DNA of 64,000 nucleotides from Candidatus Omnitrophota bacterium (GCA_043805415.1 JAZDHZ010000021.1:8127-72126), one strand, 5' to 3'. Shown: positions 28,065 through 39,326, numbered from the stretch's first letter. Notes: a model not told the origin generated them from the sequence alone. Translations and numbers: made by a program.

Positions 28065-29663
28065 ATGTCTAATGAAAAAAAAATATTTTTAGGTATTGAT
28101 ATTGGTTCAAGCTCCTTGAAAATTGCGCTTTTAAGCAAGGAAAAAGGAGGCAGGATCAAATTGCTTCAAGCAGTTTGTGATGAGTATACAAGTTATCCTG
28201 TAAGTGAAGATAATCAAAATCAAACCGCATTATTAGCCTATTTTTTAAAGAAATTCCTATATAAAGAGAAAATTTCCCGGGATACCAGGATAGGTATTTC
28301 TATTGCCGGACAATCTGCTTTTGTTCGTTTAGTTAAAGTTCCGGTTACTGCGCCCGCAAAATTGCGCCAAATTGTGCTTTATGAGACTCAGCAACAAGTG
28401 CCATTTCCGATAAAAGATGTTGTTTGGGATTTTCAAATATATGGACGGGATAAAAAACAAATCAGTGTGCTTTTAGCCGCTGTAAAAAAAGAGCTTACAT
28501 CTTCGATTTTAGATGTGATCAGTGAATTTTCACTTAATGTTGAGTTTATTGATGTAAGCAATCTGGCTCTTTATAACTGTTTGCATTATTTTTATCGTGA
28601 TCTTAAAGAAACATTAGTTTTAGATATTGGCGCTAAAACAACAAATATTATTATTGTCAACGACGGTAAAATCTGGACGAGAAGCCTGCCGATAGGCGGT
28701 CAGGATATCACGGATGCGATTGCGCTTTCTCTTAAAATAGATAATGCTCAGGCTGAAAAAATAAAAAGAGAAAAAGGCAAAGTGCTGATGCTTTATTATG
28801 GCCAAAAACGCTCGCAAGATACCCAAGAACAAAAAATCGCGGAAGCGATTACTGAGATATTAACAGACTTGACCAATGAAATTGTTAAGACATTGAATTT
28901 TTATAAGTCTCAGCATAAGTCTGATATGAATTTTAAAAAAGTGTTGCTGACCGGGGGTGTTAGCAAAATAGATAATATTGATAAATTTTTTGAGAATAGT
29001 TTGTCTCTTCCTGTGGAGAAATTGGATTATTTGAATTTTCTGGGTTTTCATCATAAAATTGATTTGTCACTCAATGAATTATTAGGACCGGCAATCGGTT
29101 TAGCATTACGCGGTCATGGCCGGTCAGTTTTAAATATTAATTTGCTCTCGCAAGAGCATTTGCAAAAGAAAACCTTTAAAAAGAAAATCCCATTTATAGT
29201 CAGCACCTGCGCGGCTTTTAGTTTATTCTTACTCGGATTGCTTATGCTGATTGCTAGCAAAAATAGCCAACTGGCTAGTTATTTGGAAATATTGAATAAT
29301 ACAATTACTAAATATGAACAAGCGACTAAACAATTAGACGATTTGCAAAAAGAGATCAATACTACGCAAAACAGCCACAAAGCAATGAGTAAAATTGTAT
29401 CGGAGCGCTATGACGCGATAGAAATCCTAAGCCTGCTTACTCAAACAATGCCTGGGGCAGTGTGGATTCGAAGTCTTAATTTAGATTTAGAACTTAACGC
29501 GATTGTTATTGAAGGAAACTGCGGACAGGATTTAAACGCGCTGGATTCTTTTCAAAACCAAATTAAGTCACAGGAAATATTTAAAGATGTGAAAGTGAAT
29601 ACTGTTAATAAAAAAGAAGATGGGACGATAGATTTTTCTTTAAGCATATTTATAAACACATAG
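28065..29663 (+). CDS. pilM: PilM fused to PilN
   Basis: LGIDIGSSSLK, QQVPFPI, LDIGAKTT, LLTGG, IGLALRG, INLL, TM, PilN-like C-terminus. Confidence 0.9.
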   Translation: MSNEKKIFLGIDIGSSSLKIALLSKEKGGRIKLLQAVCDEYTSYPVSEDNQNQTALLAYFLKKFLYKEKISRDTRIGISIAGQSAFVRLVKVPVTAPAKLRQIVLYETQQQVPFPIKDVVWDFQIYGRDKKQISVLLAAVKKELTSSILDVISEFSLNVEFIDVSNLALYNCLHYFYRDLKETLVLDIGAKTTNIIIVNDGKIWTRSLPIGGQDITDAIALSLKIDNAQAEKIKREKGKVLMLYYGQKRSQDTQEQKIAEAITEILTDLTNEIVKTLNFYKSQHKSDMNFKKVLLTGGVSKIDNIDKFFENSLSLPVEKLDYLNFLGFHHKIDLSLNELLGPAIGLALRGHGRSVLNINLLSQEHLQKKTFKKKIPFIVSTCAAFSLFLLGLLMLIASKNSQLASYLEILNNTITKYEQATKQLDDLQKEINTTQNSHKAMSKIVSERYDAIEILSLLTQTMPGAVWIRSLNLDLELNAIVIEGNCGQDLNALDSFQNQIKSQEIFKDVKVNTVNKKEDGTIDFSLSIFINT

Positions 29664-29675
29664 AAATCTACGATT

Positions 29676-30416
29676 ATGGAAATATTGTTAATAAAAAAAT
29701 TTAAAAAAACTTTTACCGTTATTGTCATTATCGGGGTAATTTGTGTATGCCTGATAATCGCGATCCTGGCAGCCGGAGTTTTAAATTCGACTTTAAATTT
29801 AAAAGTTTCCGAACTGGAAAAAAAACTTATAGTCTATAAGAAAGCTTTGGGCAGCAATCCGGAGCAAGCGATAGATATCAAAAAATCCTTAAAGCAACAG
29901 TTATTAGCTGAAAATGAACAGATTAATAATCTTTTTATGAAAACAAGGGAAAGTAATCCTGTGACCACTACGCCGCTTTCATTTAAACAATTTTTGTTTA
30001 GTACTCAGGATAGATTAAAATCTAAGGCGCTTAAGAAAAAGATGTCCTTACCTGTTTGGCTGGGATTTGATGAATATAAAATTAATGTTCCTGATGCTGA
30101 TAATGCTGATGTTTTGATTAAAGAGCTTGCTATTGTCGAAGAGATTGTTAACGGAGCATTGGCTAGTGAGGTGAGCTCTATTGAGAGCATTAAATTATCA
30201 CACCAAAGACTTAGCGTAATAGTTGCTGAGCAAAAAATTAAATATTTGCCTATTGCTTTATCAATAAAATCTGATTCCGGGCAGATGAAAGCTTTTTTGA
30301 TGAATATTTCAAAGCTGCAAGGTATTTTTTCGATCAAACAATTAAAAGTAAAGTGCCTTGATGAAAATAAAAATCAATTGTCAGCGGATATAAATCTGAA
30401 GTTTATCGAGATATGA
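29676..30416 (+). CDS. PilO-like / Amuc_1100-family pilus-associated protein
   Basis: TM plus coiled coil; PLSFKQ.L...LP.WLGFDEY...P pattern recalled from the Amuc_1100 family; position after pilMN. Confidence 0.6.
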   Translation: MEILLIKKFKKTFTVIVIIGVICVCLIIAILAAGVLNSTLNLKVSELEKKLIVYKKALGSNPEQAIDIKKSLKQQLLAENEQINNLFMKTRESNPVTTTPLSFKQFLFSTQDRLKSKALKKKMSLPVWLGFDEYKINVPDADNADVLIKELAIVEEIVNGALASEVSSIESIKLSHQRLSVIVAEQKIKYLPIALSIKSDSGQMKAFLMNISKLQGIFSIKQLKVKCLDENKNQLSADINLKFIEI

Positions 30417-31123
30417 AAAATATGAATAAGATATATGATAATTTAGAAAAAATAGCCTGTTTTACGATGGTAAGTATTTTGATAATCAGCAGTTATTTTT
30501 TCATTACAAGCAATGCTGAGTATAAAATATTTGTAGAGCAAAAGAAAAGTGAATTAGCAGATATGGATAGGCAATTTGTGGCAAAATCAGCTGAGCCGGG
30601 AACTTTACTATCAAGAATTGATGAAAAAACAAAGATTGATTTACTGAAAGTAAAAAGGAATATTTTTGCTCCGTTTAAGGATGATGATGAGAAAAGACAA
30701 TATTCTAATAATTCCGTGTTGGAGGTATTGGATATTGCCTATAAGCCATTGGCCTTTCAATATCAAGGAAGAATAATTTATCCTAATGGACAGATTGTAG
30801 CGCAGATTAATGCTGATAATAAAAGCTATTTAGTAAAGACTGGTTCAAACTTGGGAAAATACAAGGTTGGGCAATTGGATAAAGATTCAATTAATTTAAA
30901 AACTAAACAAGGTGAAAATGTAACTATTAAATATCTGCAGACAGCGTTTAGTGATGAGTTAATGGCAAAAATAAAAGAAAGTATTTCTGGAGAGATTGAA
31001 ACAGTTTATAAAAACAGTGATATATACGGCTATAAGGTGCTTGACATTGAGGAAGATTGTGTGATATTATCTAAGTCAGGACAGCACCTAAGGTTACAGA
31101 AAGGAATGGTGCAAGCAAAATGA
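30413..31123 (+). CDS. PilP/GspC-like assembly protein
   Basis: N-terminal TM, RNIFAPF, beta-rich domain (YLVKTG..LG.YKV..L....I.L); precedes the secretin. Confidence 0.55.
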   Translation: MKNMNKIYDNLEKIACFTMVSILIISSYFFITSNAEYKIFVEQKKSELADMDRQFVAKSAEPGTLLSRIDEKTKIDLLKVKRNIFAPFKDDDEKRQYSNNSVLEVLDIAYKPLAFQYQGRIIYPNGQIVAQINADNKSYLVKTGSNLGKYKVGQLDKDSINLKTKQGENVTIKYLQTAFSDELMAKIKESISGEIETVYKNSDIYGYKVLDIEEDCVILSKSGQHLRLQKGMVQAK

Positions 31124-33057
31124 AACGATTTTTCTTCTTTTTAATTCTAATATCTTTTTTCTTATCTTCTGCTCAAAGCGGGGTTTGCCAAGAAATCGAT
31201 ACGAGTAGTTTTGAGCAAGAGCGGGCTTTAGGGCTTGCTAATCAGATCGCACAGCAAAAATATTCAGTGGCTCAAACAGATACAAAGTACTTAAGTGCCG
31301 ATGTCGCTGATTTAGTCAGCAAAGGATATGATGCTTGGGCAAATCTTGATTTTGAACAGGCAAAGTTATTTTTTAATAGCGCGCTGAATCTTGAACCGAG
31401 TAATTCTGATCTCTCGGAGCTTATTTATGGGGTTGAAAAAGCGCGATTAGAATATGAGCGTGATAAGGTGAAAACAGAATTGTCTCTTTTGCAGGAAAAA
31501 AAAGTGCTTGATTCAGAGAAAGCATGGCTTATCGATGAACAGCAAACCACAGTTTCTACCGCGAAAATTAAAAAACCAGAGGTAGCTGCTTTAAAACAAA
31601 AAGCAATGCAGAAAAATGTCAGCATAGATTTTACCAACGCGCAGATTAGTAATGTGCTTGAGTTTTTATCAGAAGTCAGCGGAATTAATATTATTATGGA
31701 TGAGACCGCTGTAGCGAGCGCGGGAAATATCGGCATTCATCTGAAAAATGTTAGTTTAGTCCAGGCCTTAGAATCAATATTGCGCTCTAAAGGACTTGGT
31801 TATCGTTTTGAAAATGATTTTATTTGGGTTAGTTCTCAAGCTGATATTGCCAATGAAGGTTTAGTTGTGCGTGTATATCATCTTTCTCAAGGCTTAGCAA
31901 GTTTTACTTATTTTACTACTTTTGACACGGTTACAGTTGAGGGAGTGCGGGCAGATAATAAAATAGTTTTAGGCGATGCTGCTGGTGAAGAAGGCACTGA
32001 TAGCTCTGGGGTGCGGACTTTTGAAGGGATAAAAGTCGGTGGGCCCAGCGGAGTCGCGGGTAAAATAACAATGACAATTGAAGATGTTTTAAAACAAGTC
32101 GTTGATTGGCCGGAAACAAGTAAGATATTCCTGGATAATCGGACAAGTACTCTTATTGTTAGAAATACCCCGAGCAATATTGCGGTTTTAGAAGAAGTTT
32201 TAGCGGCAATTGATGTAAATCCTCCCCAGGTTATGATTGAAGCAAGGTTTGTGGAAATCGGCGCGGATGATTTGTATTCTTTGGGGCTTAAGATGAATGC
32301 TGAGATTTCTGGTCAAGGGGCATCAGCTCCGACATCATTTCCGTTTAATAAAAACAATGATGGAAAATTCGCAGCTGCTTTTCCTAATCCAACAACTGAT
32401 GAATTTAATGTGGGTAAGCTTGATTTTTCACAGTTCCAAGCGGTTATTTCTGCTATAGAAAGAAATACTAATAGCAATACTCTTTCTTCTCCGAAGATCA
32501 CTACAATTAGCGGGCAAGAAGCAGTAATAAAGATAGTAAAAGAATATCGATATCCCACAAAATATGAAATCGAAGTATTAAAGGTGGAAGATGCTAGTGG
32601 TAATACGGTTACCCAGTCTTTTCCCGTTCCGGTTGAATTTACAACCCGCGATATTGGAATAATTTTAAAAGTTACCCCTAATGTTGGTGCTGATGAGAAG
32701 ACAATCAATATGACGGTTATTCCAGAGGTTAGTGAATTTGACACAACCAAAGACTTTTTTAATTATGGGACAGCTGAAAGACCATTTTTACAGCCTTTTT
32801 TCAATACGCGGAACGCGACAGCAAGTATCATCGTTAATAATAATGAAACTGTTGTCATGGGCGGACTGATGCGGGAAGTTGTAGAAAAGGGGGTTGACCG
32901 TATTCCAGTGCTGGGGAGTATTCCGTTGATTGGAAATTTATTTAGCCGCAAAGTTGACAATAAACAAAAAAGAAATTTATTGATTTTTGTTACAGCAAGA
33001 ATAATCAGTCCTACTGGCCAAACAGTAGCAAAAAAATATTTTTTTGAAGAGTTATAA
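31120..33057 (+). CDS. Secretin (GspD/PilQ family) with N-terminal TPR-like segment
   Basis: Signal peptide, VSIDFTNA, QVMIEARFVE, LSSPKITT.SGQEA, DIGIILKVTP, VVMGGL, IPVLGSIPLIGNLF, LLIFVTARII. Confidence 0.95.
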   Translation: MKRFFFFLILISFFLSSAQSGVCQEIDTSSFEQERALGLANQIAQQKYSVAQTDTKYLSADVADLVSKGYDAWANLDFEQAKLFFNSALNLEPSNSDLSELIYGVEKARLEYERDKVKTELSLLQEKKVLDSEKAWLIDEQQTTVSTAKIKKPEVAALKQKAMQKNVSIDFTNAQISNVLEFLSEVSGINIIMDETAVASAGNIGIHLKNVSLVQALESILRSKGLGYRFENDFIWVSSQADIANEGLVVRVYHLSQGLASFTYFTTFDTVTVEGVRADNKIVLGDAAGEEGTDSSGVRTFEGIKVGGPSGVAGKITMTIEDVLKQVVDWPETSKIFLDNRTSTLIVRNTPSNIAVLEEVLAAIDVNPPQVMIEARFVEIGADDLYSLGLKMNAEISGQGASAPTSFPFNKNNDGKFAAAFPNPTTDEFNVGKLDFSQFQAVISAIERNTNSNTLSSPKITTISGQEAVIKIVKEYRYPTKYEIEVLKVEDASGNTVTQSFPVPVEFTTRDIGIILKVTPNVGADEKTINMTVIPEVSEFDTTKDFFNYGTAERPFLQPFFNTRNATASIIVNNNETVVMGGLMREVVEKGVDRIPVLGSIPLIGNLFSRKVDNKQKRNLLIFVTARIISPTGQTVAKKYFFEEL

Positions 33058-33153
33058 ACACAGTCAAATCTTAATCACTTAAAAGCTGGGTACACGCCGC
33101 ATTGTATAAATCCCGATGATAAGTATGTATAGCGTAAGGCATATCTAAATTCG

Positions 33154-35727
33154 ATGCAAAGAAAAAAACTTTATCTTGTAGATGGAAACTCCTATATTTA
33201 TCGGGCATATTATGCTATCGGGGACTTGACAACATCTACCGGTATTCCGACAGGCGCGGTTTTCGGCTTTGTCACAATGCTAAATAGGCTAAAAGCTGAT
33301 GCTGCTCCAGATTATCTCGCGGTTTGTTTTGATTTAAAGGGACCAACCCTCCGCCATGGAGGTGAAGTTGATTATAAAAAAGATCGCAAGCCTATGCCGG
33401 AAGACCTGGTTATTCAGATGCAGGTAGTTAAGGAAGTTATCGGCGCGTATGGGATACCAATCTTTCAGCTATCAGGCTATGAAGCAGATGATATTATCGC
33501 GACCTTAGCTGTAAAATTTAAAAAAGATGTAGATGTTTACATTGCCAGCAGCGATAAAGATATGTTGCAACTGGTGGATAAATATGTTAAAATTTATAAT
33601 CCGCAAAAAGAAAGTAAGATTGTTGATGAAGCGCAGGTTTTTGCAAGATATAATGTAACTCCCAGTCAAATAACCGACCTTTTAGCTTTAGCTGGTGATA
33701 GTTCAGATAGTATCCCCGGAGTACCAGGGATAGGGCCTAAAACAGCAGCTGAGTTATTATCAATGTTTGAGGATTTAGAAGGTATTTTAAAAAATACTGA
33801 TAAAATTACCCAGAAAAAAAGAAAACAGCTGCTTGAAGAATTTGCCGATCAGGCTAGGCTGAGCAAGAAACTAGCAACGGTAATCACTGACGCGCCGATT
33901 GATGTTTCTTTAGAAAGACTTAAAGGTACTAGCCCGGATGCTCAAACTTTAAGAAATATTTTTCAAAGACTGGAATTTAAGAATTTGTACCGGAATTTAG
34001 CTGATCAAGAACCACAAAATAATAATGCTATAAAATTTGAACAGATTAATACAAAAAAAGAATTGCACGCGTTTTCTCTTGATTTAGAAAAGGAAAAAAC
34101 TCTTTCCTTCTGCGTTCGGACTGATAACGAAAAACTGCATAATATTACCAGTTTAGAAATAAGTTTTAATGAAAATTCTCTAACAACCATAATTATAAAT
34201 AAAAATTTAACAATAGATGATGTTCAACAGCAATTAGCGCAAATTTTTTCTGATCAGAATACGCTTAAAATCGGCTATGATATTAAAAGTTCCTGTATTA
34301 TTTTTGAGAAAAATAATGTAAAACTGGAGGGGCCGTTCTTTGACATAATGGTTGGGGCATATTTACTGGAGCCAGGGGCAAGTAGAAGAACCCTGGGAGA
34401 TATTGCCGGCAACTATATTGGTAGAAATATTGACTCGAAAATACAGGCAGCTGAGCAGATAAATATTAAAAACATGTTAGATGCTGAACTTAAAACAAAA
34501 GAATTGTTATCGCTTTTCAACGACGTAGAAATGCCTTTAATCAGGGTATTAGCTTTAATGGAGAGTGCGGGAATAAAAGTTGATAAAGATTTGCTGTGTT
34601 CAATGGAAAAAAGTATAGAAGGAAAGCTGAATGTGCTTACAGCGCAAATTTATAAGACCGCTGGGTGTGAATTTAATATAAATTCACCAAAACAACTAAG
34701 TGATATTTTGTTTGATAAATTAAAATTACCTATGGGGAAAAAGGGGAAAAGCGGGCCTTCGACAAATGGGGAAGTGCTTAAGCAGTTAGCTTTGGAACAT
34801 GCCTTGCCGGCAATGATTCTTGAATATCGTGAGCTGGCTAAGCTAAGGTCAACCTATATTTTGGGCTTGCTTGATTTAATCGATCCGATAACTTCCCGGA
34901 TACACACATCTTTTAATCAAACTATTACCGCAACCGGAAGACTTAGTTCCAGTACGCCTAATTTGCAAAATATACCAGTAAGAACGGATATTGGCAGAAA
35001 GATCCGGGCTGCTTTTATAAGTAAGGCATCGGATTGGAGTCTTTTATCGGCTGATTATTCGCAAATAGAATTAAGAGTTTTAGCGCATATGTCGGAAGAT
35101 GAGCAGCTTATCCGGGCTTTTAAGCAGGATTTAGATATTCACGCGTTTACGGCTGCTTTAATTTTCGATATTGCTGAAGATCAAGTAGATACAAAAATGC
35201 GTAATTTGGCAAAAAGAGTTAATTTTGGCATAATTTATGGAATGGGAGCCTATGGCTTAGCCCGAGATATTGAAGTATCCCATGTTGAAGCGAATAAATT
35301 TATCGATGAGTATTTCAAACGATATCCATTGGTGAAAAAATATTTACAATCCCAGATTGATCAGGCCAGGGAAACCGGTTATGTGACGACTCTGCTTAAT
35401 CGCCGCCGTTATATTCCGCAAATAAATACTAAAAATGCCATGCAGCGAAGTTTTGCTGAACGCACAGCGATGAATACGCCGATTCAAGGGACAGCGGCTG
35501 ATTTAATTAAGTTAGCAATGATTAATGTTTTCAATGAACTAAAACAAAAGCAGTTTGAAGCAGTTATGGTTTTGCAGGTACATGATGAATTGGTTTTTGA
35601 AGTTTTGGATAAAGAGCTTGAGCAGGTGAAAAAAACAGTTAAACAGTGTATGGAAAATGTGTTTAAACTTAATGTGCCTATTCGGGTTGATTTAAAATCG
35701 GGAAAAAACTGGAGAGATATGCAGTAA
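33154..35727 (+). CDS. polA: DNA polymerase I
   Basis: LVDGNSYIYRAYYA, EADDIIAT, TGRLSS..PNLQNIP, ADYSQIELR, QVHDELV. Confidence 0.98.
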   Translation: MQRKKLYLVDGNSYIYRAYYAIGDLTTSTGIPTGAVFGFVTMLNRLKADAAPDYLAVCFDLKGPTLRHGGEVDYKKDRKPMPEDLVIQMQVVKEVIGAYGIPIFQLSGYEADDIIATLAVKFKKDVDVYIASSDKDMLQLVDKYVKIYNPQKESKIVDEAQVFARYNVTPSQITDLLALAGDSSDSIPGVPGIGPKTAAELLSMFEDLEGILKNTDKITQKKRKQLLEEFADQARLSKKLATVITDAPIDVSLERLKGTSPDAQTLRNIFQRLEFKNLYRNLADQEPQNNNAIKFEQINTKKELHAFSLDLEKEKTLSFCVRTDNEKLHNITSLEISFNENSLTTIIINKNLTIDDVQQQLAQIFSDQNTLKIGYDIKSSCIIFEKNNVKLEGPFFDIMVGAYLLEPGASRRTLGDIAGNYIGRNIDSKIQAAEQINIKNMLDAELKTKELLSLFNDVEMPLIRVLALMESAGIKVDKDLLCSMEKSIEGKLNVLTAQIYKTAGCEFNINSPKQLSDILFDKLKLPMGKKGKSGPSTNGEVLKQLALEHALPAMILEYRELAKLRSTYILGLLDLIDPITSRIHTSFNQTITATGRLSSSTPNLQNIPVRTDIGRKIRAAFISKASDWSLLSADYSQIELRVLAHMSEDEQLIRAFKQDLDIHAFTAALIFDIAEDQVDTKMRNLAKRVNFGIIYGMGAYGLARDIEVSHVEANKFIDEYFKRYPLVKKYLQSQIDQARETGYVTTLLNRRRYIPQINTKNAMQRSFAERTAMNTPIQGTAADLIKLAMINVFNELKQKQFEAVMVLQVHDELVFEVLDKELEQVKKTVKQCMENVFKLNVPIRVDLKSGKNWRDMQ

Positions 35728-35781
35728 GGCATTTATAAAAATGGGGGGCAATGGTAATCATGGTTCAATATGGGGGGAATT

Positions 35782-37194
35782 GTGAAAGTATTATTTTGTA
35801 GTTCTGAAGTAGTTCCTTTTGCGAAAACCGGCGGATTAGCTGATGTTGCCGGAACCCTGCCTCTTGAACTTGCCAAACTGGGGATAAATATAAAAATAGT
35901 TTTACCATATTATAAAACTATTGATCCAAAAAAATTTAAATTAAAAAGATTAGATGAAGATACCTTAATGGCTATTCTTCAAGATAAGGTAACAGTTTAT
36001 TTTTTAGAAAATAAAAAATATTTTGATCGATCAAGTCTTTATCAGTATTACGGAGTAGATTATAAAGATAATCTCGAAAGATTCACATATTATTGCCAGC
36101 AAACACTTAAATTAGCAAAAAAAATTAAATTTAAGCCGGATATTATTCATTGTAATGATTGGCAAAGCGCTTTGATCCCGGTTTATTTAAAAACTTTGTA
36201 CAAAAAAGATGCTTTTTTTAAGAAAACAAAGACTGTGTTTACAATCCATAATCTTGGCTATCAGGGACTTTTTCCCAAAGAGGATTTACCTTTAACCGGA
36301 CTGAGTGATGATGTTTTTTCAATAGATGGTTTAGAATTCTATGGAAGAATAAATCTGCTTAAAGGCGGATTATTATTTTCCGATAAAATTACAACAGTAA
36401 GTTCTACATATGCTGATGAGATTCAAACCCCGCAATTCGGCTGCGGCTTAGAAGGGGTGCTGCGGAAAAGAAAAAAAGATTTATCGGGTATCTTAAACGG
36501 CATAAATTGCCATGATTGGGACCCGCAGCAAAATAAAACTTTGATAAAAAATTATGGACCTGATTCGGTTGAAGGAAAATACAGCAATAAAACTGATCTG
36601 CAGAAACTTTGCAAACTAAAAGTTAATAAGAGTATCCCCGTATTCGGCATAATAACTAGATTAGCAGATCAAAAAGGGCTGGATATATTAGCAGAAGTGA
36701 TTGATAAAATAGTTCAGATGCCGATTCAGTTTGTTTTGCTGGGTACTGGTGACCAGAAATACCATAAATTGTTTGAGGAGATAAAAAGGAAATATAAAAA
36801 CGCGTCAATTCATCTTACTTTTGATGCGTCTTTAGCATATAAAATTTATGCTAGTTCAGATATATTTCTAATGCCTTCTTATTATGAACCCTGCGGCTTA
36901 GGGCAGTTAATAAGTCTTAATTTCGGCACAATCCCTTTGGTTCGTAATACTGGCGGCTTAGCGGATACGGTTATAGATTATGATCCGTTTACAAAACAAG
37001 GCAATGGCTTTGTTTTTGATGCTTATCAGTCCGGGGCTTTATTGGAAGCAATTAAAAGAGCATTATGCGTTTATCATGACACTGATACTTGGAAAAAACT
37101 TGTTGTGGGCGCAATGAAATGTAATTTTTCTTGGGAAATATCGGCAAAAGAATATAGTAATCTTTATAAAAACCTATCAAGCGCGAAAAAGTAA
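35782..37194 (+). CDS. glgA: Glycogen synthase
   Basis: EVVPFAKTGGLADV, HCNDWQ, FTIHN, RLADQKG, MPSYYEPCGL. Confidence 0.97.
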   Translation: MKVLFCSSEVVPFAKTGGLADVAGTLPLELAKLGINIKIVLPYYKTIDPKKFKLKRLDEDTLMAILQDKVTVYFLENKKYFDRSSLYQYYGVDYKDNLERFTYYCQQTLKLAKKIKFKPDIIHCNDWQSALIPVYLKTLYKKDAFFKKTKTVFTIHNLGYQGLFPKEDLPLTGLSDDVFSIDGLEFYGRINLLKGGLLFSDKITTVSSTYADEIQTPQFGCGLEGVLRKRKKDLSGILNGINCHDWDPQQNKTLIKNYGPDSVEGKYSNKTDLQKLCKLKVNKSIPVFGIITRLADQKGLDILAEVIDKIVQMPIQFVLLGTGDQKYHKLFEEIKRKYKNASIHLTFDASLAYKIYASSDIFLMPSYYEPCGLGQLISLNFGTIPLVRNTGGLADTVIDYDPFTKQGNGFVFDAYQSGALLEAIKRALCVYHDTDTWKKLVVGAMKCNFSWEISAKEYSNLYKNLSSAKK

Positions 37195-37211
37195 AATCAG
37201 AACTTTATTTT

Positions 37212-37823
37212 ATGATTAATAAATTAATGGTAATCGGATTAACTGGCGGTTTAGCCAGCGGAAAAACGACAGTGGCAAAACTGTTTGCTGGGTTTGGGGC
37301 AGCGGTTTTAGACGCGGATAAAATTAGTCACAGAGCGCTTTTTAAAAATTCGCGTTGTTATAATAAAATAGTAAAGCGATTTGGGCGCAAGATTCTAAAT
37401 GATAATGGTAAGATAAACAGAAAAAAATTAGCTGAGCTTGCCTTTAAAAATAAAACAGAGCAAGCAGCGCTTTGCGCGATAATCCATCCCTGGGTTTTTG
37501 AATATATTGACAAGAAAATAAAACTCTATAAAAAAAATAAAGAGTTAAAACTGCTTATGGTGGAGGCAGTATTACTTATTGAGTCAGGACTGTATAAGAA
37601 GATGGATAAGATTGTTGTGGTAAAAGCAAGCCCAAGCCAACAGCTCTTAAGAGCAAAACTTAACCGAAATATGGATGAGGAATCGGCAAAACAAAGAATG
37701 CGGTATCAATTAAAACTTGCTCGGAAAATTAAGTACGCTGATTATTTGATCGATAATCAGGGGGCTTTTAAAAATACAGAATTTCAAGTTAAAAAAATAG
37801 TAGTTCAATTATTGAAAGGTTAA
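37212..37823 (+). CDS. coaE: Dephospho-CoA kinase
   Basis: IGLTGGLASGKTT, DAD, IIHP, ADYLIDN. Confidence 0.95.
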   Translation: MINKLMVIGLTGGLASGKTTVAKLFAGFGAAVLDADKISHRALFKNSRCYNKIVKRFGRKILNDNGKINRKKLAELAFKNKTEQAALCAIIHPWVFEYIDKKIKLYKKNKELKLLMVEAVLLIESGLYKKMDKIVVVKASPSQQLLRAKLNRNMDEESAKQRMRYQLKLARKIKYADYLIDNQGAFKNTEFQVKKIVVQLLKG

Positions 37824-37875
37824 CAAAATATGTTTAGGTAACTAAAAAGTCCTAAACAAAAAAGTGAGGGAGTCT

Positions 37876-39285
37876 ATGAAGCCACAAAAAACAGAAAGAC
37901 CAGAAAGACCAGAAAGACCAAAGCCAACTAGAGCAGATAGCAATTCGCGTTATCCGACACATAACTCTAGACCAAAGCAACTGATACAACCTGAGCGCCG
38001 CCCAGTTGAAAAACACCAGACTGATGGAGGGATCTATATTGGTGAACTTAAAAAAATGAGTGGTTCAGGGTTGATAAAAATAGCAAAAGATTTGAAAATT
38101 GCCGGAATAAGCGGAGTTCGCAAACAAGATCTTATTTTTAAAATTTTGCAAGCTCAGGCTGAAAAAGCCGGGAATATGTTTGGTGAAGGAATATTGGAAA
38201 TACTTCCCGATGGATTTGGTTTTTTAAGATCACCGAACTATAATTATTTGCCTTGTCCGGATGATATTTACATTTCTCCTAGTCAAATAAGAAAATTCAA
38301 TTTAAAAACCGGGGATACGGTCAGCGGTCAGATTCGTCCTCCCAAAGAAGGCGAGCGCTATTTTGCCTTATTAAAGGTTGAAGCGGTTAATTTTGAAGCC
38401 CCGGAAAAAGTAAAAGACAAAATCCTGTTTGATAACTTAACTCCGCTTTATCCTGAAGAGCGCTTAATTCTGGAAACAGATTCAGAAGATGTATCAACGA
38501 GAATTATGGATTTATTAACTCCGATTGGAAAAGGACAGCGAGGTTTGATTGTTGCGCCGCCTTATAGCGGAAAGACTGTTTTACTGCAGAAAATAGCAAA
38601 CAGTATTATTACGAATAATGAGGATGTGGTGCTTATTGTTCTTTTAATTGATGAGCGTCCGGAAGAAGTTACTGACATGCAGCGTTCAGTTAAGGCAGAA
38701 GTTATCAGCTCTACTTTCGATGAACCGCCGGAAAGGCATGTGCAGGTCGCGGAAATTGTTTTAGAAAAAGCAAAACGATTGGTTGAATGCGGCAGAGATG
38801 TAGTTATATTATTAGATAGTATAACCCGTTTGGCTCGGGCCCATAATACGGTTGTTCCTCATTCCGGGAAAATCTTATCCGGCGGTGTGGATTCCACTGC
38901 TTTGCAAAAACCAAAGCGGTTTTTCGGCGCTGCCCGCAATATTGAAGAAGGCGGGTCATTGACAATCCTCGCTACAGCATTGATTGATACCGGAAGCCGG
39001 ATGGATGAAGTTATATTCGAAGAGTTTAAGGGTACTGGAAATATGGAATTGCAGCTTGATCGTAATTTGTTTCAAAGAAGGATTTATCCAGCAATTGATA
39101 TTAAACGTTCTAATACGCGTAAAGAGGAATTATTGGTTGATCCGGAAGAATTAAAACTTATTTGGATTTTGCGCAAAGCTTTGAATGAGCTAAGCAGCGT
39201 GGAGGCAATGGAACTGCTTAGTACTAAACTTAAGAAAGTGGCAACAAACGCGGAATTCTTGCTTTCATTGGCTAAAAATAGATAA
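37876..39285 (+). CDS. rho: Transcription termination factor Rho (N-terminal extension with ERP x3 repeat)
   Basis: [44 protein letters not shown]. Confidence 0.98.
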   Translation: MKPQKTERPERPERPKPTRADSNSRYPTHNSRPKQLIQPERRPVEKHQTDGGIYIGELKKMSGSGLIKIAKDLKIAGISGVRKQDLIFKILQAQAEKAGNMFGEGILEILPDGFGFLRSPNYNYLPCPDDIYISPSQIRKFNLKTGDTVSGQIRPPKEGERYFALLKVEAVNFEAPEKVKDKILFDNLTPLYPEERLILETDSEDVSTRIMDLLTPIGKGQRGLIVAPPYSGKTVLLQKIANSIITNNEDVVLIVLLIDERPEEVTDMQRSVKAEVISSTFDEPPERHVQVAEIVLEKAKRLVECGRDVVILLDSITRLARAHNTVVPHSGKILSGGVDSTALQKPKRFFGAARNIEEGGSLTILATALIDTGSRMDEVIFEEFKGTGNMELQLDRNLFQRRIYPAIDIKRSNTRKEELLVDPEELKLIWILRKALNELSSVEAMELLSTKLKKVATNAEFLLSLAKNR

Positions 39286-39326
39286 AAAGTTCTAGTACTG
39301 GATTATGCTGAATTCAGCAACAATAG

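Noticed and set aside
37892-37918. CAGAAAGAC x3 in rho as a phase-variation tract
   Set aside because: The 9-nt unit is in frame within a low-complexity N-terminal extension, which is common in Rho.
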